The notes under the pieces were generated by a model. It had not been told where the DNA came from. It worked only from the letters and a program-made list of their open reading frames with translations, and did no database searches. This document shows positions 21,868-33,014 of a stretch of 64,000 nt of DNA, piece after piece. The DNA is from a virus. Its lineage: Duplodnaviria; Caudoviricetes. Made by a program: the position numbers and the translations under genes. How positions within the stretch are numbered: the stretch's first letter is position 1; every line of letters starts with the position of its first letter. The DNA lies in IMG/VR virus record IMGVR_UViG_3300020814_000535. The stretch is one strand, 5' to 3'.

Positions 21868-21938
21868 GGGTCAGAGGTCATGGGACCAACTCGGCTCCAA
21901 CCCGAGAGGATAGGGTTCGATTCCTTACTGGCCCGCCA
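21868..21938 (+). tRNA. tRNA-Trp(CCA), non-canonical compact D-arm
   Basis: GGGTCAG/CTGGCCC acceptor, CTCGG-CTCCAAC-CCGAG anticodon arm, TTCGATT T-loop, G73 and encoded CCA. Confidence 0.85.
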
Positions 21939-21953
21939 AAAAGAAACAAATCC

Positions 21954-22025
21954 CTCTCTGTAGCTTAATTGGGAAAGCACCCGGCTGTAGCCGGGATGTT
22001 GTTGGTTCGACTCCAACCAGAGGGG
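21954..22025 (+). tRNA. tRNA-Asn-like gene with 6-nt anticodon loop (probable pseudo-tRNA)
   Basis: CTCTCTG/CAGAGGG acceptor, GCTT/AAGC D-stem, CCCGG-CTGTAG-CCGGG, GTTGG-TTCGACT-CCAAC; G73 followed by CCG. Confidence 0.75.
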
Positions 22026-22393
22026 CCGGGAGGAAAGAATGGGAAGTAATTCACCTGCGCCGAAATTCAAAGTAGGCGATTTGGTTAGAATTAATGTCGA
22101 GAGTTTTATTCCTCGAAATGTTCTAGCCATTGTCAAAGGTGTTCAGCGTAATGAAGTTTGGGGAATTGGTTACCCCTGCAAGATGGACGCAGAAGAGTTG
22201 GAGAAATACAAAGAGAATAAGTGGGAATACTGGATCGAAGCTGCTTCTCCGATTAAGGTTCAAGTTAGAGAGCTTATCTTTCCTACGTTCCAAGAAGTAG
22301 TCAAATATGCTTCTTTTCAAGAAACAATTATCTCTTCTTCTGGCCTTGATTTTACTGGCGAATCAATGGGTCTAGAAAAATGGAGGCAGCTCA

Positions 22394-22570
22394 ATGGATC
22401 CCAACGAGACTCTTAAACAGCTTCTGAGACTGGCAAATCTTGTTAACAATTCGGAAGATTTCGGCGATGAACTAGACCCAAACAACATCTACGATCTGGC
22501 GACCTATATCCTCAATCTTGACGAATGGCTCTCTCGAGGAGGCGCATTGCCCAAGAAGTGGGAGAGATAA
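22394..22570 (+). CDS. Small conserved phage protein (MDPN...LDEWLSRGGALP..W)
   Basis: GGAGG SD; 58 aa; not in ORF track. Confidence 0.75.
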   Translation: MDPNETLKQLLRLANLVNNSEDFGDELDPNNIYDLATYILNLDEWLSRGGALPKKWER

Positions 22571-22857
22571 TGGAAAATCTAAGCATTGATTTGTCTCATA
22601 GACACAATGATTCTTACGAAACAATTCTAGAGGAACACTGTAATCATTGTTATGGGGAGGGAAAAACAGAGGAGTTCGTCCAGGAGACAATTACCACGAA
22701 GAGTGGCAAACAGAGAAAGCGCGGGAAATACGTTAGAACCCCTTGTCTTGTTTGCCACGGAACAGGTATTAAATTAACTTCTCTCGGTGAAGCCCTTCTT
22801 GAGTTTGTAAAAAAGCATTTGAAAGTTGAAGAGAAAAATGACAACCTTCCGGAGTGA
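22570..22857 (+). CDS. DnaJ-type Zn-finger protein
   Basis: CNHCYGEG and CLVCHGTG. Confidence 0.7.
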   Translation: MENLSIDLSHRHNDSYETILEEHCNHCYGEGKTEEFVQETITTKSGKQRKRGKYVRTPCLVCHGTGIKLTSLGEALLEFVKKHLKVEEKNDNLPE

Positions 22858-24062
22858 TGTGGAAGAGGCCGTTGGCCGACTGGTTCTGGAATCTATATTA
22901 CCGGGTTTTTCTTTACAAGAAGATGTCCGCGAAGCGGATGTTAAAACATGCTTGGATTGGGGAACAGAAAACGGCGATATAGAAAAAATCGTCCTACTTC
23001 TTTCCTCGCAATTAAGAGGAGATCCGCTTCAAACATTCCTCTCACTTCTCTCAGATTCTGAAATCCAAATAGAAGATAAAGAAGTTGTCTACTCTCTCTA
23101 TTTGCATCTATATGAACACAATAAGAGGTTTGTTCAATCTGCCGTAGGCTGTTTAGTTTATTGTTGCGGAGAAAAGGGGAAACAATTCATCCAATATGCA
23201 ATCAATGCGAAAGCAACGAATTCTTGTTTGATTGAAGGGATGTTGAAAGTAATTGACGGAGAAAACCAATGAAACTCGTAAAGATAATTGATCCAGAAAA
23301 TATCTGGTTTGGGCGATTTGGGGTTGTACACGAGGAATACCTCTATAGGGAGAATTCCCTTGTGTCTCTTTTAGGAACTGACCGAACCACTGGTGTTCAG
23401 ACCAATAAACTTGTCATTATTAGCGAGAAGTTTATCGATAGAGCCTTTAGTTTCTATGAAGATTTTCATAATGCAAATACCTTGCCAGCTGGCGAATTAA
23501 CAAGTGATTTGGAGAAGTAATGAAAAAGTATTGTACATCGCGTGAGTATACCATTGAGGCGGAACAGTATTTCCCTGGGAAATTAATGCCTGGAGTGGTT
23601 GAGGCGATCATTCCGGCATTGGGTAATAAAGTAGTTGGAATTATTTATAACGAAGACGAGGAACTTGACGAAGTCGTTCTTCCTGGAGACTGGGTTATTG
23701 ATTACGGAGAGGGAGAAACTTACCGTTATGGCGCTTACAAGGATGAAACTTTCAGGAAATGTTATGAAGAGGTTAAATAGTGATCTTCCTTCTTGACCCA
23801 AAGATTCCTGAAGAGCCAGGCACATTTATTTCTTACAACTACGACACGACCATTGTCGTTTTGTCACGAGTGGAAGCGGAGCAACTAATTGAAGATCTTG
23901 GGCGTCGACTCGATTTGATGTCGGGAAAGGGAGGGAAAGTCCTTTATGGCTGTGACTACCTTGATAGTTTAGATCACTCCAAGCGCATCTCGTTCCGAGT
24001 TCTTGACGAAGGGGACTTCGGTAGAGCAATTGAGGTTGGTTCAAAAGTTCTAGGGAAACCTA

Positions 24063-25241
24063 ATGTCTAATCTTCTAGTCGTGGGCCTTCAGTGGGGAGA
24101 TGAGGGAAAAGGAAAAGTCGTCGATCATATCGCTCGAGATGCTCAGATGGTGGTTCGGTTTTCCGGCGGGGGAAATGCCGGCCATACCATCGTCTCGGGT
24201 GGGAAAAAATTTGTCCTCCATCATCTGCCCAGTGGGGTGCTTTATCCGGGAGTGGTTAATGTGCTGGGCGAACGGATGGTGATCAATCCGATCAAGCTGG
24301 TCGAAGAGATTGAGGGGCTGAAAAAAGAGGGAATCTTCCCCAACATCAAGATCTCTTCGCGGGCACACGCCATCCTGCCTGAACATATCAAGGCTGAAGA
24401 GAAGAAGTGTTACCAAACCTTGGGAACGACCAAACAAGGCATTGGTCCCTGTCACGAAGCTAAGGTTGGTCGGCGGGGCAAACGCATGCGCGAGCTGGTC
24501 AACAATCTGGAGAAGCTCTACTACGGTCCCGAGTTCTTCGAGGCCATGCAATATTTGGCCCCGATGGTCGTGAATACATTCGACGAGATTACAGAATATG
24601 TCACCTCAAAGCAAAATATTATCTTTGAGGGTGCTCAAGGAATGCTACTCGACGTGGACTACGGGACTTATCCGTATGTTACCTCTTCTAGTATCAATGA
24701 CTTGGGAATTTATTTCCGCCATGTGAATAAGGTGATTGGCGTCTTCAAGCCTTATGTTACTCGCGTTGGGACGGGACCTTTTCCGACTGAATTGACCGAC
24801 GAAATAGGCCAAAAACTCCAATCCCAAGGCTGTGAGGTGGGCTCTACCACAGGCCGTGAGCGACGATGTGGATGGCTAGACTTGGGAGCTTTAAAAACGT
24901 CAAGTGATATCGCGGGCGTCAACGAACTGGCCATCACGAAGCTCGATGTTCTCAATGGTTTTGAGAAGATCAAAGTTTGCACGAGCTATCGTCACAAGAA
25001 AACAGGGATTCCTGTTTGTTATGATGATTTAGTAGATTTGAATGATGTCGAGCCGCAATACATCGAACTTCAGGGCTGGGAACAAGCTTTCAAATACGAT
25101 TACCCAACACCTGCGGCAAACGACTTTATCACCTACCTCGAGACTGAACTCGCCCTTCCCATTACTTTCATCTCTACCGGACCTGGTCGAGATCAAGTTG
25201 TTGACCTCTACACGTTAGAAGAAGAAGCACCTTCTGAATAA
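24063..25241 (+). CDS. purA: Adenylosuccinate synthetase
   Basis: QWGDEGKG, NAGHT, GTT..GIGP, FEGAQG.LLD.DYGTYPYVTSS, TTGR.RRCGW.D, TKLDVL. Confidence 0.95.
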   Translation: MSNLLVVGLQWGDEGKGKVVDHIARDAQMVVRFSGGGNAGHTIVSGGKKFVLHHLPSGVLYPGVVNVLGERMVINPIKLVEEIEGLKKEGIFPNIKISSRAHAILPEHIKAEEKKCYQTLGTTKQGIGPCHEAKVGRRGKRMRELVNNLEKLYYGPEFFEAMQYLAPMVVNTFDEITEYVTSKQNIIFEGAQGMLLDVDYGTYPYVTSSSINDLGIYFRHVNKVIGVFKPYVTRVGTGPFPTELTDEIGQKLQSQGCEVGSTTGRERRCGWLDLGALKTSSDIAGVNELAITKLDVLNGFEKIKVCTSYRHKKTGIPVCYDDLVDLNDVEPQYIELQGWEQAFKYDYPTPAANDFITYLETELALPITFISTGPGRDQVVDLYTLEEEAPSE

Positions 25242-25363
25242 CTAACCTGGAGGTGTCAGATGTGTACGGGATCAATGTGGTTAGACATGACGATTGCTCT
25301 CCTTGTTCTCTGGACAGTGCGATGGCTATTGGGATGGAAGAATCCTGATGAAGGGGATAAAAA

Positions 25364-25720
25364 GTGAGTAAACAGCTTCTTTTCTCAATTACCAAAAAAG
25401 ACTTCCGAGTAGATGGCTTTAGTGCCGGCGGAAAGGGTGGCCAACACCAGAACCATTGTAACACTGGAGTTCGTGTAACCCACCTGGCATCAGGGGCAGT
25501 AGGGGAGGGGCGGGACGAGCGATCTAAAGGCCAAAACCTCAAGAACGCCTTCAAGCGCTGCATCGACTCCAAAACGTTTCAGCTCTGGCTGAAACTGGAA
25601 GTGGCAGCACGACTCAAGGGTTATGGGGAGGCAGCAGAGTTGGTTGATAAATTGATGGAACCCAAAAACCTCAAGACAGAGATAGTAGAAGACGGAGAAT
25701 GGGTCGAGCTAAAGGAGTAA
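25364..25720 (+). CDS. Stand-alone class I release factor GGQ domain (peptidyl-tRNA hydrolase-like)
   Basis: GGKGGQHQN...GVRVTH..SG...ERS..QN...A. Confidence 0.88.
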   Translation: MSKQLLFSITKKDFRVDGFSAGGKGGQHQNHCNTGVRVTHLASGAVGEGRDERSKGQNLKNAFKRCIDSKTFQLWLKLEVAARLKGYGEAAELVDKLMEPKNLKTEIVEDGEWVELKE

Positions 25721-25724
25721 CCCT

Positions 25725-26054
25725 ATGATTACCACATCTTTTTTGCTTGGAAGTCTTTCAGTCCTAGGATTTTATTTGATTTATCGCAAGCTGCCCAATT
25801 GGACCAAAGAGTGGATGAACAAGCACTCGTTGTTCACTGATGCCACGGCATGCTTTCTGACGTATTTGTTGTTTGGAACTACTGTGACTGGTTTATTTGC
25901 ATCGGCCATCTCTGGAATTCTCGTCTCGATTATGTTGGCCGCACGAAAGAATCCGCTAGTTATGGATTATGTAAAGCGTCTTGCCGAAACGTACAAGGGT
26001 CTTGTAGCAAAAATTGAAGGTCGACAGCTGGTTAACGCAGAGGTTACAACATGA
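25725..26054 (+). CDS. Membrane protein
   Basis: 2-3 hydrophobic segments. Confidence 0.7.
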   Translation: MITTSFLLGSLSVLGFYLIYRKLPNWTKEWMNKHSLFTDATACFLTYLLFGTTVTGLFASAISGILVSIMLAARKNPLVMDYVKRLAETYKGLVAKIEGRQLVNAEVTT

Positions 26055-26724
26055 GTTCCACCAAAGACGAACTCCATCAAATTCAACTCTGCCTCACACG
26101 ACGTGTCTTTGATATCCAGGAGATGCTTCAGAGAGGGACAATCTACGAGAAACCTCATGATATTGAATTTACGACCAAGATGGTCCACGAGATAGAAGAG
26201 CTAGAGAAGTTGAGAGATAAAGTGGCCGACGAATTCGTAAAGGCTTTCGATGAAAATCATTGACGATATCACTCTCGATAGTTGGGAGTTAGCACAGATT
26301 CAGATGTGTATTCGAGGGCGTCTGAGACTTCTAGAAAAGCAGCTGCGATGTTTAGAAGAAGGATATGAGAATTACGATGAAGACGGAGAGCCACTACTTT
26401 TTGGTGCCGAGGAAAAGTGGGCTCTCGAGGTAGACATCTCTAGTTTCAAAGAGCTTGTTCGTAAAGTCGACCTGATGGTCTCTAGTGAATTTCAAAATGG
26501 TCTTTTAGAAATAAAGGCAAAATCATGACAACAGTTTTTAATCTTCGGACGTACAATGAGCAGGTGTTTAGCTTGCCTCCGCGCGAGGCAGTTATCGCTG
26601 CTTATGCTCAGAGCCTTGGTGATTGGAATACGTGGGAGTATGAACAGAAGTACGGTGCCAAAGTTCGCAAACATAAACGGACTTGGTGGCTTGGAGATTT
26701 CTCAGCGATAGAGAGAGGGAGCTA

Positions 26725-27918
26725 ATGACCTACATTATTTTCGGTGGCGCAGGCGAACAGGGAATGGCGATAGTCCGTTTTCTGTTAAATTATACGAGAG
26801 ACAAGATTTTTGTTGTTGATTGTCGAACGCCAGTTGAGCAACATGCCAGGTTGAGATGTGTTCGTGTATTGCCAGATGAATTGCCTCAGTCTCTGCATGG
26901 GGGTTTGGGAGACTGTGTTGCTCAATTTGCCAACGAAGGAAGGAAATCCGAGCTAGAAGACTATCCCATCGTAATCAACAGCATCTCTCCTTCGATAAGT
27001 TTGGATATTGCCTATTGGTGCGATGTTCATCGATTTCATTATTTAGATTTGGGCGGGACAACCGAGATTACCCAAACGATGAATTTTTGTTTTTCAGATC
27101 ATGGCCAAACATTCTTTATTCCCGACTGTGGTCTCGCTCCTGGATTGATCTCGGTCATTACTGGGTGGATCTGTCAGACGATGCCAGCAAAATACATCTC
27201 TATTCTGTGTGGCGGCCTTCCCATGAATCGCCTTGAGGGTTATCTGTGTTATGTTAAGTCCTTCAGTGTAAAGGGACTGATCAACGAATGTACGGGAACT
27301 GTCGACGAAATCATCTGTGGAAAACTTCGAGCCAGACCTGCGCTTTATGAAGTTGAAGAAGCTTATCTCGATCCGGTTATCTATGATGCTTATGAATACG
27401 AAGCTTCTCCGACGTCGGGAAGCTTGTCTCTGACGCCACATGCATTTGTCGGAAAACTCGAACGGCTAACCTATCACACCCTGCGCTATCCAGGCCACTG
27501 GAAACGTGTGAAAGAGATTTTGTCTCAACCACGAGCCGAAGAAGTCTTGGATCGGCTTATCGAGCCGGTGGGGCCTTATCATCCCGATCATGTAATCTTG
27601 CAGATTATTGCTGCAAACGAAAAAGAGGACGTCATTTTTTGTAAGACCTGGCATTGGCGATATGATTTTGAGAATAATATCTCAGCTATGGCTCAATCGA
27701 CAGGCTACACGATAGCGGCAATTGCGACGATGGTCTCCGATGGGGAGGTGACTAAGAACGGGCAAAAAGGGGGCTTCCTCCACTTGCACGACATTGATTA
27801 CCCCGAACTAGAGAGACGCATTCATCTGATGCCTCATCAGATGATCGAATTAGATGGAAAGGAAGTGAAACAATGTCAACCAAAATCGTCGACAACCACG
27901 AAGAAGTCCAAGGGCTAA
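26725..27918 (+). CDS. Saccharopine dehydrogenase / lysine 6-dehydrogenase family oxidoreductase
   Basis: GGAGEQG Rossmann loop, YLDLGG, DCGLAPG, CGGLP, GLINE, TLRYPGH. Confidence 0.88.
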   Translation: MTYIIFGGAGEQGMAIVRFLLNYTRDKIFVVDCRTPVEQHARLRCVRVLPDELPQSLHGGLGDCVAQFANEGRKSELEDYPIVINSISPSISLDIAYWCDVHRFHYLDLGGTTEITQTMNFCFSDHGQTFFIPDCGLAPGLISVITGWICQTMPAKYISILCGGLPMNRLEGYLCYVKSFSVKGLINECTGTVDEIICGKLRARPALYEVEEAYLDPVIYDAYEYEASPTSGSLSLTPHAFVGKLERLTYHTLRYPGHWKRVKEILSQPRAEEVLDRLIEPVGPYHPDHVILQIIAANEKEDVIFCKTWHWRYDFENNISAMAQSTGYTIAAIATMVSDGEVTKNGQKGGFLHLHDIDYPELERRIHLMPHQMIELDGKEVKQCQPKSSTTTKKSKG

Positions 27919-28520
27919 TCGACCAGGCGATTGAGCTGGATCGAATCATTCGCAGGAATCAACTGAAGAAGGAGATCTTAGAGAAACGGCTGGAAGAGAT
28001 CGCGCGCAGCGAACGAAAAGACAATGAGACTGTTGTGGCGCTCGAGGATCAGCTGGGCCGACAGGTGAGATTTCATTGGTCTGCTCGTTATGAAGTTCGT
28101 CAGGACATTGTGGAGGAGCTGTTTAAAATCCTCGATCTCAGCACCTGGACGGAACTTTTTTCAGTATCAAAGGTTGAAATTGGAAGGCAACGCAACTTCG
28201 ATAAGGTGCTGTTGAAACTGGACGAGAAGACGAGAAAACAGGTGGAATTGAGTTTTCAGAAGAAGGAACCGAAAGGGCCAAAGGTAGAATACAAGTACTG
28301 ATAGTCAGTATTTTGTAGTGGGCGGCGGGTTGGATGGTGGTTAACATTAACGTGGGGAGGTGGGAAGATGTCAAAGAAGAGTGGCACGAAGAAGGAGAAG
28401 CGAGCAGAGAGAATTCAACTGACACGGAAGATGCTTGAAGAAGTGGATGAGCAGTTTGAAGAACTGGTTCGAAGAATGAATCGGCGGGATGAAGGGGAAG
28501 GTGAAGTAACATGAGATATA

Positions 28521-28841
28521 GTGACTAAATTTGATAAGTTCTTTCAATGGGCGTGGGCGGGAGTGTGGCTTCTAGTTCTCTTGGGGTTTGTGTGGGTTGG
28601 GGTTTGGTCCTGCCGAGTTGTCTCAAATCTTCCTGATAAAACAGTAGAGACGTTGAGACTCTTGCAACAAGACTATCGGTCTTGTCAGGAGTCGAGTGCT
28701 GAGAATATGCAGATGTATGCTCAGTGTCAGACTGATCTGAATGATACGAATGTAAAGCTTAAGAAGTGTATGTACACTTTGTATCACATTGCTGGAGCCT
28801 ACAAGAAGCAGTTGGGTGTGGAGGAGGTGGAGGATGAGTGA
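28521..28841 (+). CDS. N-terminal TM plus coiled-coil protein
   Basis: Hydrophobic N-terminus, heptad-rich C-terminus. Confidence 0.6.
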   Translation: MTKFDKFFQWAWAGVWLLVLLGFVWVGVWSCRVVSNLPDKTVETLRLLQQDYRSCQESSAENMQMYAQCQTDLNDTNVKLKKCMYTLYHIAGAYKKQLGVEEVEDE

Positions 28842-30436
28842 TAAGAAATGGCTTCAGGTGTTGGCGAGAAATAGAAAAGAGTTAATCCGAGAGGATGAAG
28901 TAGTCATTATTTCACAGGAGCAGGTGGAGGGGACATGGTATGTGGCCGCCGTAAAACGAGATACTCCAGCGGTCGGTTATTTGAGTGCTACGTTCAGCCC
29001 TCCAGTAGGAGATGAAAGAAGCCCGCCTGAAGAGTTATTGTGCAGTTCATTTGGCGCGACTGAAGTGAAATACGCAGAAGAGCGATATTGGTTCGATGGC
29101 AGGGGTCAAAAAGTTTTGTCTTGTATTTACCAGGGAAAAGTAGTAGCAGGAGAGGAATATTTACTTAATTAGGAGATAAACGCAATGACCAAAGAAGAAC
29201 TTATCCGTATGATTCTTGGAGCCGAAGATAGCACTTTTACTCTCGACGAGATGGTTATTGATCAGAAATGCCAGGAAGCCGCCAGTATAAACAACTGCGG
29301 GGTTGAATATCAGATCGACTACCTTCTAGAGAGAGGATATTCGACAGACAGCATTTGGTTCCGCGTCTCCGAGGAAGGCGAATAAAATGAACGTCCTCAA
29401 GAAAATTGCTCTCTCATTCAACCGTTTGCGACTCCAGCATTACTACAGGATTCAGGAGAAGATTCCCGAGCTGGAGGAGATGCTATCCAACCCCGAAGCG
29501 TGGGAAAAGAAAAAAGTGTTGGAAGCGGCTTGGAAGTATTTGATCCAGCTAGAGAAGATGGATCCTGTTAAGGTTTCGGTCAAACAGCTGGCCAAGATGC
29601 AGAGGTTTGTCGAGTCTGCTAAAGACGAAACATTGGCACTTCGAACAATGGAGTTTGCCAAGAAGGTAATGCAGGCGTTGTTGCCGGAAGCCTTTTCGTC
29701 ATTAATGGTGCCGAAACTTGATATGAATGAGATTGCCGAACGGCTAGGTGGCACGCTTCAAGGGGAGGTTGAAGCCACGGGAGGTTACTTTGGCGCTGCG
29801 TCGCTGGCTGGAAAGCTTAATCAACGAAACTCTGGGCGAGCCTGAAAGTTTTCCTGTAACTCTGAAGATTTGGGCATCTCCCCGAGCGTGGAAATTGTGG
29901 CCGATGTATGCAAGCCATTTTGACATTTCAGATACGCTTTGGATTGGCCCTTTTTCCATTACTCGGTGGCGAGGGGAATTTGCCAAGCGACCCAAGCAGT
30001 TGATAAGCATCTTTTGATCTAGTTGACTTTCATTTTCGTTGGGAGTATTTGTTGGTGTTAGAGAGGGAGAGACTCCGTGGTTCTTAACGAACATATTGAT
30101 ATTCTTGACGAAATAGAATGTCTAGAAAAAAGAGTTCATCACCTGAGTGGTTCTAAGAAGAAGCATCATATCAAAGAGATTAAGGAACTCCAGAAGCGGA
30201 TTCTGGAATTAGAAGAACAGCTCGAAGAAGAGGAGAAGGAACGACGACATGGCGGACAAAAGGAAGCTGCTTGAAAACATTATGGACGATGTAGCGCGGG
30301 CAGCGAAGTTCGTTGAAAGCGCACGAGACAAGGCGAAGTCGGCTGGCGACAACGATTCCGTACGACGACTAGAAAAGAACCGCGACGACCTTACCGACAC
30401 TTGGAAGTCTCTAGGTTCTAAGGGTTCCTAAAAATC

Positions 30437-31150
30437 GTGGAACAACTCGACGCTTGGGATGGCCCGGAGAAGCAACGGGTCCGAGAGATCAAACTCGGCT
30501 ACGTTCGTAAATTACAATACAAACGTAAGCCACTTAACGTGCTTTGTTTCCCTGGAGACACGGGACGGATGGAGCAGCAGTTGCTTCATTATCGTCTGAC
30601 GAGCTTGGGCCATATTTGTGCGCTGGAGCGAGATCCAGAAGTTGCAAAACGATTCAAACAAAATCTTCCGATCTACGCGCGCAAGATGACTTATATTCAA
30701 AGTTGGTTGGGGTCTCAAGAGAGTTTGCAAAAGATCCAAGAATTCAATGAACGAGTTGGTCCCTTTGATGTCTTGGATTTGGATTTCTGCGGCGCATTTG
30801 GACGAGATATTTTTGATAATGTGTTTAAACTTTTTGAAACCTGTAAGGTCAACAAAAACTTTGTGATGTTTGTCACTCATGCCAAGGGACGAGAGTACGA
30901 TTTAGGTGGGATTCCAGAGCTGCTAAAAGACTTTCAGTTGGTAGGTAACATTGAAAACCTTTTCACTGAATACACATCTGGTTTTGAAGAGAGTCAGTTT
31001 GTGCGTAATTGGTGTATTCCGACCCTTTACCAGACAGCTTTCGAGTGTGCATACACCGAACCAAACGATATCCGTCTTGCGGGTTTTATCGCCTATCAGG
31101 ATAAAGACAAAAAAGTGCCTATGATGCAATACTTTTTTGAGAGTTATTAG
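30437..31150 (+). CDS. Putative class I SAM-dependent methyltransferase
   Basis: VLCFPG, ALERD, FDVLDLDFCG. Confidence 0.65.
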   Translation: MEQLDAWDGPEKQRVREIKLGYVRKLQYKRKPLNVLCFPGDTGRMEQQLLHYRLTSLGHICALERDPEVAKRFKQNLPIYARKMTYIQSWLGSQESLQKIQEFNERVGPFDVLDLDFCGAFGRDIFDNVFKLFETCKVNKNFVMFVTHAKGREYDLGGIPELLKDFQLVGNIENLFTEYTSGFEESQFVRNWCIPTLYQTAFECAYTEPNDIRLAGFIAYQDKDKKVPMMQYFFESY

Positions 31151-31174
31151 CGAAATTTAACAAGGAGAATCAAG

Positions 31175-32293
31175 ATGTTATCGTATGACCCCTCCGAAAA
31201 GCTGTTGGATTTCCTGGATTCCCTCACAATGCGAGAGCGGCGAGAGCTGATCGCCGAAATGACTCCAGACCTGCCGATCCGTCGAGTTACTCCACAAGAG
31301 TTTCGGGAGTTGGCGCGGTGCAACAAGAACTTCTCGGCCGACGAGTTCAGTCACCGAGATTTGCTTTCCGAGACGGAGGGGACGCTCGCCCAGGTCGACA
31401 AGCTTTCCCAGTTGAACCGCCAGCTGGCCGAAGACTCGGATTTTCGGGTCGACTTTTCGTCCGATACGGGACGTCCTGTCAAAATTATCCGGAAACGAAA
31501 TCCTGAATTTTCAGATGGGGTCTTTACGGAAGAGCCAGAGCCCGAAGAAGAAGTGAAAGAAGAAGCTCTCCTGGAGGAAGAAGTTGTTGCCGACGAAGTT
31601 GGTGAGGAAGAAGTTCAGTTCGTTTCTTTGGACGAGCACGACTATTTTACTCCACATGATCGCTGGGATCTGCTCTTTGATGCGACGGCTGCTATCCAAC
31701 GAGCCTACGCGGTTCAGAAGACCCAGGAGTTCCAGGATCTTTCGCGGCAGGAACAAGCGTTCCGTGTTGGGCAGATCTTCGAGAACCTGACCTACTCGGC
31801 CGACTTCTTTCCCTATCGACGTTGGAAGGGAAAGGCTCGCCCCGCAGTAAAGCAATTGCTCGACCGTATCAACAAGGGAGAAGTGTCTCGGTCGCAACTG
31901 GCTATGCTGTGCCAAGAACAAAAGCGGACCAAGAAACAACTGATCAAGCCGCACAAGGCCGTCCGCGAGTTGGAGAAATTGCAGAATCAGTTATTGGCCG
32001 CACGGCAAGAACTCTTCGTTGAGCGAGATGAAGAGACGCGAAAGTTGCTCAAGCAGGAGATCAAGGAGACTCAGGAAGAAATCAGGAATTGGAAGCGGCC
32101 CAAGATAATCTACACAACCGTCAGTTTCTCCCTCTCGGAAAAGAAACTGTTGTGGGACACTTGGTTTGAATATACGACCAAGACTGAAGGATCTGTTGTA
32201 CTTCCCAAGAGCAGGCAAAAGAGACGTGCTAGCACAAAAAGAACCGAACAGCCGAGACAAGAAGTTCCTCAACCTAGCGTTGAAAGCCACTAA
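31175..32293 (+). CDS. Hypothetical protein (acidic linker, coiled coil)
   Basis: 372-aa ORF with AAGGAG SD. Confidence 0.75.
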   Translation: MLSYDPSEKLLDFLDSLTMRERRELIAEMTPDLPIRRVTPQEFRELARCNKNFSADEFSHRDLLSETEGTLAQVDKLSQLNRQLAEDSDFRVDFSSDTGRPVKIIRKRNPEFSDGVFTEEPEPEEEVKEEALLEEEVVADEVGEEEVQFVSLDEHDYFTPHDRWDLLFDATAAIQRAYAVQKTQEFQDLSRQEQAFRVGQIFENLTYSADFFPYRRWKGKARPAVKQLLDRINKGEVSRSQLAMLCQEQKRTKKQLIKPHKAVRELEKLQNQLLAARQELFVERDEETRKLLKQEIKETQEEIRNWKRPKIIYTTVSFSLSEKKLLWDTWFEYTTKTEGSVVLPKSRQKRRASTKRTEQPRQEVPQPSVESH

Positions 32294-32597
32294 TGCGTCT
32301 CAGTATTATCCCTTCCATATCGCAGCTGTCATTGTTAAAGGAAATAGAGTTCTTTCGATAGGAGTTAATAAAAACAAGACGCATCCCAAACAGATTAATC
32401 CACACACCAATAAGATTGGAAATTCGACCCATGCCGAATTGGACGCAATTCTTGGTGTGTCAAAGGAGAATCTGCAGGGAGCAACAATTTACGTTGCAAG
32501 ACAAACAGCCGACGGAAAACCTGCAAATGCAAAACCCTGTAAGTGCTGTATGAAAGTTATTGAGGCAGCAGGAATTAGTAGAGTTTTCTTTACCTAA
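32166..32597 (+). CDS. Zn-dependent cytidine/dCMP deaminase-family protein (start uncertain)
   Basis: HIAAVIV, HAE, AKPCKCC, I.RVFFT. Confidence 0.9.
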   Translation: MNIRPRLKDLLYFPRAGKRDVLAQKEPNSRDKKFLNLALKATNASQYYPFHIAAVIVKGNRVLSIGVNKNKTHPKQINPHTNKIGNSTHAELDAILGVSKENLQGATIYVARQTADGKPANAKPCKCCMKVIEAAGISRVFFT

Positions 32598-33014
32598 GGA
32601 GAACTGAAATGTTTGGAATCAGCAAAAAGAGACTCGTGGCAAATCTGGAGGCATTGCGTCAGTCTATTTGTGAGTATCATCCTCGCAAATACTGTGATTG
32701 CAAGTTTATTAAAGATCCAGAAACATACGTCTCTCGGAAGGAGAAACGGCGCAAACAGGGAATGTGGGCTGGAGAAGATACGGGCTGTTGCGAAGTCCGC
32801 CAGGCTCTTGAGCTGATTCAAGCAACGACCGAGGAGGAATTTTATTCGCTTGCAGAACGAGCGGAAATTGAATTGGAGCAGAATCTCTTGGGAAAGATTC
32901 GCGAAATTAAAGGAGGAGAAGAAAACTGCAGCGGCAGTAATCCAGCAAACAGAAAAAATTAAAATTCAGGAATAAATTGGTTAAAAACAGGTAAGCGAAC
33001 ATAAGGAGAAAAAC

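Noticed and set aside
21954-22025. tRNA-Tyr(GTA) or amber suppressor
   Set aside because: No long variable arm or A73 as in bacterial tRNA-Tyr, no CTA anticodon, and the body is Asn-like
24063-25241. PurZ / Z-genome (2-aminoadenine) system
   Set aside because: The catalytic Asp is retained (GDEGKG, not GSxGKG), other motifs are canonical PurA, and no DatZ/MazZ is visible
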